From positions 162,834 to 226,833 of the forward strand of contig PDIP01000083.1 in assembly GCA_002811645.1 (NCBI GenBank): a stretch of 64,000 nt of DNA, given 5' to 3'. The DNA comes from Corallochytrium limacisporum Hawaii (lineage: Eukaryota; Protista; Pluriformea). The position numbers and the translations under genes are program-made. Positions 46,051 through 56,805 of the stretch are shown here, in pieces (the stretch's first letter is position 1; the number at the start of each line of letters is the position of its first letter). The notes below the pieces were generated by a model, which was not told the DNA's origin, did no database searches, and saw nothing but the letters and a program-made list of their open reading frames with translations.

Positions 46051-48651
46051 TTACAACATCTCGTCGTCATCGTCCGCATCCTCGTCCTCACTGACCTCCT
46101 GTCCGAGGGCCCGGAGCTGCCTCCGGTACTTTTGCAGTTTCATATCCTGCTCAGCGAGACAGACCAACAGATCCTCGTGCTCCTGACTCAACTCTCCGTG
46201 CTCGTCGCGGAGAGTGGCCAGAGTCTGCTCGGACTCTTGTAGGCGACGCTGGGCAGTGGCCAGCTCCTCACCACCGGCCGGGGTGGCTGCGGAAGGAGAC
46301 TGAGACTGCGCCAGCTCCAATTGCCGCTGCAGGCCCGCCATCGCCTGGTCGCGGTCTTGGAGCATGGATTGCAGTTGTTGTACCTGGCCCTGCAACTGCT
46401 GCAATGCTGCGGGGTCGGGGCCACCGCCGCCGTTCTGTTCTCCACCACTGCTAGCGGTCCCAGCCCGCGCTCGGAGCTCTCGCAATTCTTCGTCCTGTCG
46501 CCGAATGATGTCTTTGTACTGGCTCACCACCGAGTCATGGTAATCCACACCCGCCTCGAGACGGCTGCCACCGCCAGACGGCTTAGCACTGGCACCCTCG
46601 TTGCCACCTGCATTTGGTAGTCCGGCCACGATCTGATCCGCGATCCGCTTGAGCATCTCTGCGGTTGTGCCATCGATCCAACAGCTGTCCGGAGTGACAT
46701 TGAGCCCGACGCCGGCCGACGTAGACTTAATGGCCCGCACAATGACGTCCATCTGCGGCAGATTCTTTAGCTGGCGTGCAAAGGCATCTTCTCCGAGACG
46801 GGTGTTGATGATCTGATAGATGGCGTCGCTGTTCATACCCCCGCTACCGTCCATGGAACTGTCATCATTGAAAAGGTAGCAAATACCCAGCAACACTGCA
46901 GCCAAAGACCGGACCAAAGGAGCAACGTTTGGGCCCCCACTGCTGTGTTCCCATTCTTCAACCATGTACGATACGGAGTCACGGAAACTCAGGAACTGCT
47001 TAACCGCAGCTGGACATTCAGCCAGCCACGTAACCATGAGAAGGAGAAGACCGACTCGGCTTCGAAGAGCAGAGGCTGCGTTATGATCCCCTTTGCCCTT
47101 GCCCCGGAGCGAAAACAGCGCCCGGCTGCACTGCTCCAGCAGAGTCATTGGCTCTGTGCCCATGCTCACACTGATGGCCGCCTTGAGAGCTTTCTCTTTG
47201 CTGGCTAAATTGCCTCGGAGAACCTGGCTCAGAGCCACAGCAGCGATCCAGTTGTTCATCGCGTCACTGCGCCCGAACAGACCGCCACAGACCACTGGGC
47301 CGAAGCTTAGATTGTTACCCTGGGAATCGACTAGGTTCGCAGTTAGGTTCGCCTGCGCGTCCGAGTTCCGATCGACATAGCACTCAAATACATGCAGACA
47401 GGCCATACGCTCCGCAAACCGCCGGGATTCCTCAAACGCCGTGAGCAGCATACACATAGGCGCGGGCAGTACTTTTTTTGTTGCATTGCGGTCGGATTCC
47501 ATCTGCGCAAAGAGGTCCTGGGAAGTCTTGTGGCCACGCAAGACCTCACCTAGAGTAATGAGGATGCTGTACTTAACTTCGAATGGCAGATTCTGCCGGA
47601 AGGCCAACTGCGTCAGCACTGCAGTCAATCCAGACTGGTTAATCGCGGTCTTGTTCGCACCTGCATTTGTTCCCGAGCTCAGAGCTGGATTCGCCATCGA
47701 TCGTATCAAGTCGAGCATGAGAATAAAATTGTGAGCTTTCTTCTGATCCCACTCTGAAACCATCATCGCAGCCGGATTCGGGGCACCTGCGCCGCTCCCA
47801 TCGTCGCCACCGTGCCCCCCTGCGCCAGGTCGGGGTCCGTCCTCTATAGTCAGGAACGGCACGAGCTTCGCAAAGCAACCCGTTTCCCGGAAGAGCGTCT
47901 GATTGCTGCTGTTCGTGCGCAGCAGGTTCAGAAGCAGCACCAGACAGTCGCCGACAATAATGTCACCATCGCTGTATCCCTCCTCGGCGACAATGTTGAG
48001 CAAACTCTCGAACGCATTCTCGAAGGCCACAATCTTTTGGATATGTTGGTTGTCCTTGGTAAGTTCAATGAGCAGCAGGAGGCCCTCGTTTCGGATCACT
48101 TCCCGTGGATCGCTGATCATGTCCATCAGGCGTGTGACACCCATCGGAGATGTAAGTATGGTCTCCTGTAAGACCTGTGGTTGGTTCACCAAGCAAATTG
48201 TGATTAGCCTCGCCGTGTGGTACTGCACCGATGTGTCTGGCTCTTCCAAAAGCTCCAAGAGGATTGTCACGTTGCCTGGATCCTTGGTAAAGATCTCAGT
48301 GAACTGTACTCCAAGATTCTGGGCGCCTTCCACGCCGCTGCCCCTGCCTTGTTCCTGTTTCTCCAAATTGCTCGTGTCCATGACATTGGCCAATGTTTCG
48401 AGGGCAAAGCGAATGATTTCATTGTCGGCACGGTCATTCTGGAGCACATCAATCAATGCGCTCATACCCTGGGCCCCAACTTCTACTGCGTAATCACGGC
48501 TAAGACTGCGGAGGGCTCGGACGGCGTCACGGCGGTCTTCCAGGAGCGTACTGCTATTGATGCGTTCCACAAGACGCTCGACAGCATCATTCGAGCTCTG
48601 CTCCGGCGCCTGTGCGGACAAGGCCGCGAATCCCCTGCTCAGATAGTCCAT
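46051..48651 (-). CDS. USO1: General vesicular transport factor p115 / Uso1
   Basis: SSTLLEDRRDAVRAL, REVIRNEGLLLL, IQKIVAFENAFE, C-terminal EDLLVCLAEQD plus acidic tail. Confidence 0.95.
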   Translation of the reverse strand: MDYLSRGFAALSAQAPEQSSNDAVERLVERINSSTLLEDRRDAVRALRSLSRDYAVEVGAQGMSALIDVLQNDRADNEIIRFALETLANVMDTSNLEKQEQGRGSGVEGAQNLGVQFTEIFTKDPGNVTILLELLEEPDTSVQYHTARLITICLVNQPQVLQETILTSPMGVTRLMDMISDPREVIRNEGLLLLIELTKDNQHIQKIVAFENAFESLLNIVAEEGYSDGDIIVGDCLVLLLNLLRTNSSNQTLFRETGCFAKLVPFLTIEDGPRPGAGGHGGDDGSGAGAPNPAAMMVSEWDQKKAHNFILMLDLIRSMANPALSSGTNAGANKTAINQSGLTAVLTQLAFRQNLPFEVKYSILITLGEVLRGHKTSQDLFAQMESDRNATKKVLPAPMCMLLTAFEESRRFAERMACLHVFECYVDRNSDAQANLTANLVDSQGNNLSFGPVVCGGLFGRSDAMNNWIAAVALSQVLRGNLASKEKALKAAISVSMGTEPMTLLEQCSRALFSLRGKGKGDHNAASALRSRVGLLLLMVTWLAECPAAVKQFLSFRDSVSYMVEEWEHSSGGPNVAPLVRSLAAVLLGICYLFNDDSSMDGSGGMNSDAIYQIINTRLGEDAFARQLKNLPQMDVIVRAIKSTSAGVGLNVTPDSCWIDGTTAEMLKRIADQIVAGLPNAGGNEGASAKPSGGGSRLEAGVDYHDSVVSQYKDIIRRQDEELRELRARAGTASSGGEQNGGGGPDPAALQQLQGQVQQLQSMLQDRDQAMAGLQRQLELAQSQSPSAATPAGGEELATAQRRLQESEQTLATLRDEHGELSQEHEDLLVCLAEQDMKLQKYRRQLRALGQEVSEDEDADDDDEML

Positions 48652-51341
48652 TCTCTATCCCTGCAGATTGTCTAGTTTCTACTTTCTATTATTTATACTT
48701 TCCTTCTTGCCACATTCCCGTGTTGATTGATGGTCCAAAGCACTCCGGTGGAAGCGGCAAAGCAAGTGGCGCGATGTCTCACATGACCTACTCTTGCTTC
48801 TGGTCTGGGTTCAAACAAGAGTTTACAAATACCTCAATTGAGCAGGAACTGTCATGGTAACAGCGATGAAGATGAGTTATATGAATAACCCGCCTTCTTA
48901 GACATTCGAGCCACCCGCCGCGTCATAAATGAAACCGCTGTTGTCGCATTTGGACGCTCGAGTGACCGGGTCAACTCCCTCCTCTCGCGACCCAGAACCC
49001 GAGCTTTTCAATTTTTCACCTGGTGAAAGCTGCATTTGAAGCACACAAGCCAGGAAGGGGAGACTGCGGGCCCAGTGCCCCACTCAAGTTTCCCCTTTCG
49101 CGCGCCTCTCCCCCCCCCCTTTCTTTCCCCCTGCCATTGCTGGAAAGAAACGGAGGGTTGGCTGGCTGGCTGGTGCAGGGGGGGATTTTTGTTTTGCAAT
49201 TTCTAAAACACTGAAATCCTCATTAAATGGAATCTACCGCCGCTGTCGCGGTTTCAAACAGGTGTCACCCTCATCTGCGGAATCCATTGGGGCGACAGTT
49301 ACATCACTCATGTGGCCTCACACAAATTTTCGAAAGTGTGGCTTCCTATGAGCTACTCCTCCATGGTCAGTGCACACTATAATATGACAAGGGAACCACG
49401 ACACCACGAACTGATTCCATCATGACGGTAAGTAGAGATTCACAAAACGCCATAGTCGAATTCCAAATTGTCCAATGCCTGCCCCACAATCACCCTCCCT
49501 ATGCGATTCGCCTATGGTGCGGACAATCGCACCATCCAACATCCCCATCCAACCCAGGATTTCCTGCTCTCTCGCTCGCCTCTTTCGCTATGCCGTTAGG
49601 ATCCACAAAAACCATCGAAAGTCGTCCCAGAGAGTGAGAAAGTAGTCCCCAAAATCGTTCCGCCCGGCCAGTAATTGAAGTCCACGCGAGGTTCTGGCCA
49701 AACCCGGAACCCCGGCCCACGCGGAATCGCGCACTGGTAAAAACCCCAGGGCAGTGAACGCGAAGCCGGTCCGTTGCGACCGAGCCAGGGCCCGTGCTCA
49801 AACCACCCGGCTTCGGTAGCTTCACTATAACCGGCACCCAAGCGTAACAATAGGAAGATCGAAAGAGAAACTCTATTCTCCGTGGTCCCCCTAGGTCCCA
49901 GCGATCCATTTACACCTCCGAACCCCATAGAAGTTTCTCCCGTCACCGTAATTAATAGTGAATATACTGGGTTTGCTGACAAAAGAGGCGAGCACATACA
50001 TGACGCAATGGAAGTAAATAAAGGTGAAATACATTCGCGGCTTACGCAAGGGGAACCAAACGTGCCATGGCGTAATCCTCCACGGAGACACATCCGCTCG
50101 AAGCACACGGGACACCGTGGAAGGGGATTCCATACTGAATATTCGAAACTCAATACTGGAAATATGGACCCCTTGGACGAATCCACCTCTGCTGCTGCTG
50201 AAGGTCGTGGTGCGCTGTATTCCCGTGCGCTTCGTTTCCATCGGGGGCGAGTCCGGCATCCAAGGTCCGTTAGTCCCACAGAATACTGAGTAAAACCCGC
50301 CCAAGGCGTCATGAATTCCGTAGAGCACCAGTGCGACAACTGCCAGCGCGGTCGTCCTGCGGAGCGCGAGTTACGCACAGGGGCGTTGGTAGGTTCCCAA
50401 GCGCATAGTCGCACTGTCCAGTATACAAGAGCCGGTTGATGGGGTGTGTTTCCTTCCCTGCCTCCTCCCGGTTTCCATCTGCTTGCTTGTATGTTTTAAT
50501 GTCGTTACCCACCTGCCTGCCAGTCCGGGGACTGGAGCACAGAGAGAAAAAATAATGGCGCGGACAGGGTGCGGAGGCCCCCCCCCTCCCCCTGTGTTGT
50601 AATGTACGAACATTTAACTTGGTCGCTGGGTCGATTGGGATTTTGGGGCGAGCAATGCAAAAGAAAGAGTGGGTCGTCGGGCGAGAAGGAGGCGAAGAAA
50701 AACTTTTTCCCGCCTCACCACCCACCTGCCTCGGCCTTCTCCGGTCCTTTGGTTTGAGCCTTCGCAACCAATAACAGAAAACTGAGGGGGACTGGTGGTG
50801 TATTGCGGAAGGAGGGGTTGGGGTGAAGTGTACACACTGAGGCGGTGGACAAACAGGCAAAGGGGGGAGTGTGGATGAGGCGATTACAAACCCCCCCCCC
50901 CCACCCCCAGCAGAACGGAAATTGATTGGGTGTGAGGCAAAACTCTACCCCAACCAAGGGGGCTGGTGGTGGCCTTCTTAGGGCACTCACGGTTGGCGGG
51001 GGCCCTTGCGGCCTGGCTGGTGTACGTGTGATGAATACCAACGCAAACACACAGACGAACGTAGGTGTAGCAATTTGTTGTTTGGCTGAGTGGTACTGTT
51101 TGTCCTCTTGTCCGTTCTTCGTTTGCGCAACGGTGATACAGGTAGTTGAGACGACTGAATCCTTCCCTGTGTGCTGGTTGTTATGAATCGTTGCCTCACA
51201 CATGCGTCTACCATCCCCAGGAATATTGTTTCGGATAACCTACAAACAACACTCTTGGTGGACCTCATTCCGTGTTTTTTTTTTGGCTGGTTGAAGAAAG
51301 GCGCTGTGCATTCAATTTGGAAGTGATCAAAACAAAACGCT

Positions 51342-52304
51342 ATGTCGTCCATGTCTCCGTTGTCGTTCAAGCTGGACCCGCTGACCGGGCTGCCAAAGGC
51401 CCAGTCTCGCGTGGTGGCCAACGCGCCCGTCGAGAAGAGCCAGTCCTCGCTAATGAAGGGTGGCATCACTGCCTTTGCCGTCTTCCTTGAGATGGCCAGC
51501 GGCGGTCTCTTCATGGAAAACGTCAAAATGGAGAAGCAAAGGACCTCCGATCCCTACTTCCGGATTATGAAGCGCACCCTTTCCAAGGGTATTGCTGGGT
51601 TCGAGGCCGGACTGTTCCCCTGGGGTCTGGTCCTCGGTCTCACCAAGGGCAGTGTCCTTGGTGCCGCCAAGGTAGAGCTCAAGTATTTGCTACAGAAGAC
51701 GGGTATGTCAAGTAAGCGCAGTGAGCTTATCAGTGGTTTCGGTGCCGGTGCCGTGCAGGGTGTGTTCATGTCACCTTTGCTGCTGGCCCGTACCCGTGTC
51801 AACCAGTCACTGACGGAGCGTGCTGCACAGGGCATCAAAACTACGCAAACTGAAGAGTTTTGGCTCGGTACTCGAGTCCTTTACGACGCCGTCAAGCAGG
51901 AAGGCGTGATGGTTTTGACCTCCGGCATGATGACCTGTATCCTGAAGCGCGCTATGGACTGGGGTACCCGGTTTATCTTCATGAATATGCTCAAGGATGC
52001 TGTTAAGGCCCGCAAGGCAGAAGGGGAATCTCTGACGGACTTGGAGCGTCTGACAACCAGCTTTGTCGGTGGTGGCATGAGTGTGCTGGTCACCATGCCT
52101 CTGGATCGTCTGATGCCTGTCATCCAGGCCGCATCTAAGGAATCCGTCAACGTTGTGGAGGTCATTCGCGAGAAGTTTGCACGGGAAGGTATCACCACCT
52201 TGTGGCGTGGCGGTGCCATGCGTACCCTGCACACCGGTTACCATACCATGTTCGCCATTTTCATTTCGGATAAGATCTATGAGCTGGTCTTCCCCAACCA
52301 CTAA
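51342..52304 (+). CDS. Mitochondrial carrier, YHM2-like (citrate/oxoglutarate)
   Basis: Three carrier repeats; GLFPWG..TKGSVL and KRAMDWGTRF resemble fungal Yhm2 motifs. Confidence 0.8.
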   Translation: MSSMSPLSFKLDPLTGLPKAQSRVVANAPVEKSQSSLMKGGITAFAVFLEMASGGLFMENVKMEKQRTSDPYFRIMKRTLSKGIAGFEAGLFPWGLVLGLTKGSVLGAAKVELKYLLQKTGMSSKRSELISGFGAGAVQGVFMSPLLLARTRVNQSLTERAAQGIKTTQTEEFWLGTRVLYDAVKQEGVMVLTSGMMTCILKRAMDWGTRFIFMNMLKDAVKARKAEGESLTDLERLTTSFVGGGMSVLVTMPLDRLMPVIQAASKESVNVVEVIREKFAREGITTLWRGGAMRTLHTGYHTMFAIFISDKIYELVFPNH

Positions 52305-52842
52305 GAAAGCAAGTGACGGATACCCTTTTACCCCAACTTACAACGACACAGTGACATCGAGGCAACCCTTCGGAATGCTTACCCCAACAGATTGCCCGAT
52401 CAATGAGGTCTTTCACACTCTCGGAATGCCAGGTCAACGTAAGTTTAGCACATGCCAACACTTTCCACTTTCAGAAACAAAGTTCGTCTTCGTGTTGAAA
52501 TGAGAGACTGGATAGTTATCGTTCGAGGACTTCCAGTCGCACCTCGTCAAACCCTTCTTTCCCTTTTTGCATTCTTTTCATGTCACAAATCGACTTTCCA
52601 AACATGTATTCAAAGCACAAACAATCAACAAAATTGTCTCAGCATCTAATTTTTCAAATACATCATGACTTTTATCATCCCATCAATAACATTGGCAGTG
52701 AAACAGGCATCGTGAACTGTTGAGAGCGTTATAGAAATGGGGCCCATATGGCCATGTAGTGAAAATGGTTGTGTTCTATAATATCCGATGACATTCAATG
52801 ACATGTTCAGAAAAGAAATAAATATGCTAGGGAACAAGTGGA

Positions 52843-53505
52843 TCAAAAGATTTTGGTGAAGACAATTACAAGGAACACAATCACCACGAAAGCAATAAGC
52901 CCGTACATGATGATCTTGTTCTGCATAATTCGCCGGAACATAGCGTTGAGGATGCGTTGTGCCTTCTTCATGTCACTTTCCGTGCTCTTGAGCGTATTGC
53001 GGGCCCGGTGCAGAGTCTCCCGCTGACTGTACAGGTCATTCAGTGTGTCCTGACCGACCTGTTCTGTCTCAATGGCCACCCGGTACGCATCGTCGAGTCG
53101 GGTTCCCATTTGTTGTACTCGCTCTGTGTTGTCCAGTAGACGTGCTCGTTGCTCGTCCGGATTTGTGCTGTCCATGTCGCCAAACAGAGCACCGCGTTCG
53201 TCCCTCTCGGTGGCGGGATTGCGTTTCGCCTCCTCCAGTTCCTTCTCGAGATCTTCCAATTCTCCCCTCAGCATATCCAATGTCTGTGACCGCTGGGCCC
53301 GATCTTGTGGACTAAGCTCACGGAGCTCCATTTCAATTTGATCCACCAGTTGGCTGGCCTCGTCAATTTCCCGAGCACAGGCACGGATCGCTTCATACCG
53401 CCGTGCACCGCTTAAGTTTGGTATCTCATTATGCAGGCGTCCGACAACAGAAGCTTTGACATCGTTGAACTCATGCTCATATGAAGCAAAGAGATCTAAC
53501 GACAT
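52843..53505 (-). CDS. VTI1: Qb-SNARE Vti1
   Basis: LFASYEHEF Habc region, QRARLL, ETEQVG...L..L..QRETL, C-terminal TM helix. Confidence 0.93.
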   Translation of the reverse strand: MSLDLFASYEHEFNDVKASVVGRLHNEIPNLSGARRYEAIRACAREIDEASQLVDQIEMELRELSPQDRAQRSQTLDMLRGELEDLEKELEEAKRNPATERDERGALFGDMDSTNPDEQRARLLDNTERVQQMGTRLDDAYRVAIETEQVGQDTLNDLYSQRETLHRARNTLKSTESDMKKAQRILNAMFRRIMQNKIIMYGLIAFVVIVFLVIVFTKIF

Positions 53506-55244
53506 TGTGATCCTCTGCTTATAGTATGGTGTTAAACTTGTTCCGTCAACTCAATCAGTTAGTCTCCGTCAATGCCATAAAAAATGGAACACTCTCTTCA
53601 ACTTGCAGTCACTGTCAGATCTTTTTCTTTAAGCATTATTAAATCAGACAATCCGTAAAACAGAATGCAGTTATGGGAGCATGCAAGTCATTATGTAGCT
53701 GTTCGTGTACATAATTGCTCAAGACGCAAACGTTGGAACTGCCGCGTCAGGGGACGAGAGCAAGAAGCCGGTCGCAAGCGGGCGGGTCCTTTGTTTTCGC
53801 TTTGCAGGGTTTATTACCCAGCACCCGGTCTCTACCCTCTGGCTACCATAGTGAATGAAGCAAAGCAGCCAATATCCAAACCCCCTTTCCCTTTCTCTCT
53901 CCTACTCATCTGAAAGTTTTAAAAACGTCGCGAAAAAGTATATCAAATTATCTGGGATACAGGCGATCGTGTGGAGAAAATTAGGCCCCCATGTTTATCC
54001 AAGAACATCTTTCTCGGGTTACGCCCCGAGTTTCCCTGCCCTCCCCCAAATGATGTGATTGTCACCAGTTGGACAGCTGTTTCAAAGCGTGGAACTCTGC
54101 CCGGTTGTGTGATGGTGGGTTGAGGTACAAATGGCAAGTTCTTCTTCTGGGGCATGTGCACTCAATAACACCCGTGTTTCGCGATCGTTGAGATACTCCA
54201 CAAAAGATACGCATGCATGCTACGACATCCTAACATCATCCAGTACAACTGCATGACCCGCACACTGCCAAGAGTAGGTATGAAAGTCTGTACTAGATCA
54301 CTGCGGCACGATAGATACAACGGTTTGGTGCACCCTTGCATGCTCAGTTCACCCTCTGCGGAGCAAACACCGTTTACCTTCCTCAGACTACATTGGTGGG
54401 AATGGGAAGGTCCCGTGAATCGGCGATGTTTTAGATTGCCAGAAGATGAGCTTTCAGTTGTCTGCCGACTCTCGCTCTGACTCTGCAGACACCAACCAAT
54501 AGAGACGCATCCGCCACCTCTTGTCCGTAAATTTTTATCAGTGCCGTGTGGTACATGCTGGGAGACACAGATGGAGAGGGGGTGATTGCATCATTCACTC
54601 CTTGGATCCCTCATCCTTTTTTGTGTGTTTCAGCAACTTTTTCGCGCTTTGGACAATATCGAACCAAAACCACGCAAACAAAAAGCAGATGAAAACATGC
54701 GTATCCACGACAGAGTTGGTGCCGGGTACCTTCGACTTAGGTGTACTTTGCAGTTCACGCTGCACACTTTGAAGAACTCCCGGAACTCATTCAAAATTGT
54801 TCTCTTGCCCTGCGCTCCCGTGATTTGGTCCTTCTCCACTGCCACCCGGCCCCCTGCCCCGTCGCCCGCCTTCCCTCCCCGCTCCTCGGGATCTCAAGTG
54901 CTCCCGGTCCTAACCCTTTGATCTCTCCTCCTCGTTTCCTCTCTCTCGCTTTGGCTCCTCGCTCCCTGTCTTCTCTCTCTCTCTCTCTCTCGCTCTCTCT
55001 CTCTCTGTCTCTCTCTGCTTTGGCTCCCTTCTCCTCCCCCTCCCTCCTGGTTTTCTCCCCATTCCCCCTCCCCTCTCCCCCCCACCTTTTTGCCGTCCCA
55101 CCTAAACCCATCGCCAACAATGGTTATGGGAGGGTAGGGGGGGTCTGGTTTGCCTTGCGAAATGATGCAAGATCAGCGCGCAACGCGGAGGAAGGAGGAC
55201 AACCCAAAAAAAAAAAGCTACAGACAAAGGGGGAAGGAAGGAGG

Positions 55245-55572
55245 NNNNNNNNNNNNNNNNNNNNNNNNNNNNNNNNNNNNNNNNNNNNNNNNNNNNNNNN
55301 NNNNNNNNNNNNNNNNNNNNNNNNNNNNNNNNNNNNNNNNNNNNNNNNNNNNNNNNNNNNNNNNNNNNNNNNNNNNNNNNNNNNNNNNNNNNNNNNNNNN
55401 NNNNNNNNNNNNNNNNNNNNNNNNNNNNNNNNNNNNNNNNNNNNNNNNNNNNNNNNNNNNNNNNNNNNNNNNNNNNNNNNNNNNNNNNNNNNNNNNNNNN
55501 NNNNNNNNNNNNNNNNNNNNNNNNNNNNNNNNNNNNNNNNNNNNNNNNNNNNNNNNNNNNNNNNNNNNNNNN
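55245..55572. other. Assembly gap (N run)
   Basis: Run of N flanked by purine/G-rich tracts. Confidence 1.
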
Positions 55573-56805
55573 AAAGGGGGGGGGCGGGGATGCAGGTGAT
55601 GGTTGTATGCACATTATTGGACGGATGGCACACACAAAAGTGGGGAGTGCGCTGGGTGGACGTGTGTGGGGAAAGGGGGGGGGGGCGGGGTTTCGAGCTG
55701 TTTGGTGTCCCTCCCGCCCCAGTGGTGGATGGGGTTTACAAAAATGTCCAAAGCGGCGCCACACAGGGGCAACCAAACCCTCTTTGTCCCCGAGACAGAT
55801 CGCTTATTATAGCGCAACTACCACTTATACATGCTCTCCTGGTGCTGTGTCGTGCTCTCCGCTTGCCCTTTGGAGCAAAAGCGGGTGATCGATTCGACCA
55901 CACGTACACGCACTATTTCCGGCCAGCACCGGCAGTCCATATCCGTCACCACAAACAAGACAATGGGGACAGCGTCCAATCATATTGGTAATACTTAATC
56001 ACCTGCCAGCAGGCTCAAAATCAAACACAACCTGTCATATGCCCTCGGATAGATGGAGCGTTGATGAATCGATGGCATCTCCGCTTCAAAGGTTTTTTTT
56101 TCGAGTTCCCAAGTGGCAGCACCGGAAGATTAGGACAGAGGCGCGTAACCAAAAGGGAACGAAAATTGCAAAATCCTTGTTCGGGCGGGAGTGGCTTTCA
56201 GTACTAAATGTATGGATCCATTCCCGCGCCGCGGTTTCCACCGGCAGCTACTGGTTGCGCGCAGACCCTTTTTTGGTGTCAAAGGGGGGGCGGAAGCGGA
56301 AAGTTGGTCGCGGTCACATGCGCTCTCAGTGCCTTTTACCTTTGCGTTCGTCTCTCTGTTGTTGGGACTTGTGACGCACAATCACTTTGTGAGAGATTTA
56401 ATTGTGAGCCAGCAAATCTTGTTGGCCGAGACGTAAACGGCACGAAGACCCATGATGGGGACAAACGGGGCTGCCACTCCTTTACGTGGCCCACAAAGTG
56501 TGACATCGGAACCAAGATCGAACCTGAGAATGGTAGTTGAAACACAGATGTGTTATTGACCGATGCTGTTGAATAACTCAATGCACCCGATTGTGGTTCA
56601 TTTAAAGAACCTGTAAATGAGGCGATAGAGATCAGTAGATACATAGTGCAAATTATGGGACGCGCATGAATTGAGAGCATAGATACGAAAACGACTCCCA
56701 GCCACAAACGCTGCGCTCAACACAAGTCCCTATTTCTCGAGCAAGCACACTTTGCTCTCGCCTGGATCTTTGACTTAGAAACCGTAGAGGATAATTATTG
56801 TTGTA

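Noticed and set aside
49596-50414. Overlapping 89-272 aa ORFs on both strands
   Set aside because: No domain signal and mostly non-ATG starts; cannot be supported as genes
54700-54785. Vaguely tRNA-like stretch on the minus strand (ACTGCAA anticodon-like loop)
   Set aside because: No GTTC T-loop, D-loop consensus or acceptor stem could be built
54741-55991. 416-aa ORF
   Set aside because: Spans an N gap and a (CT)n tract; artefact
56330-56340. GCCTTTTAC matching U5 snRNA loop 1
   Set aside because: Flanks do not form the closing stem and no Sm site follows
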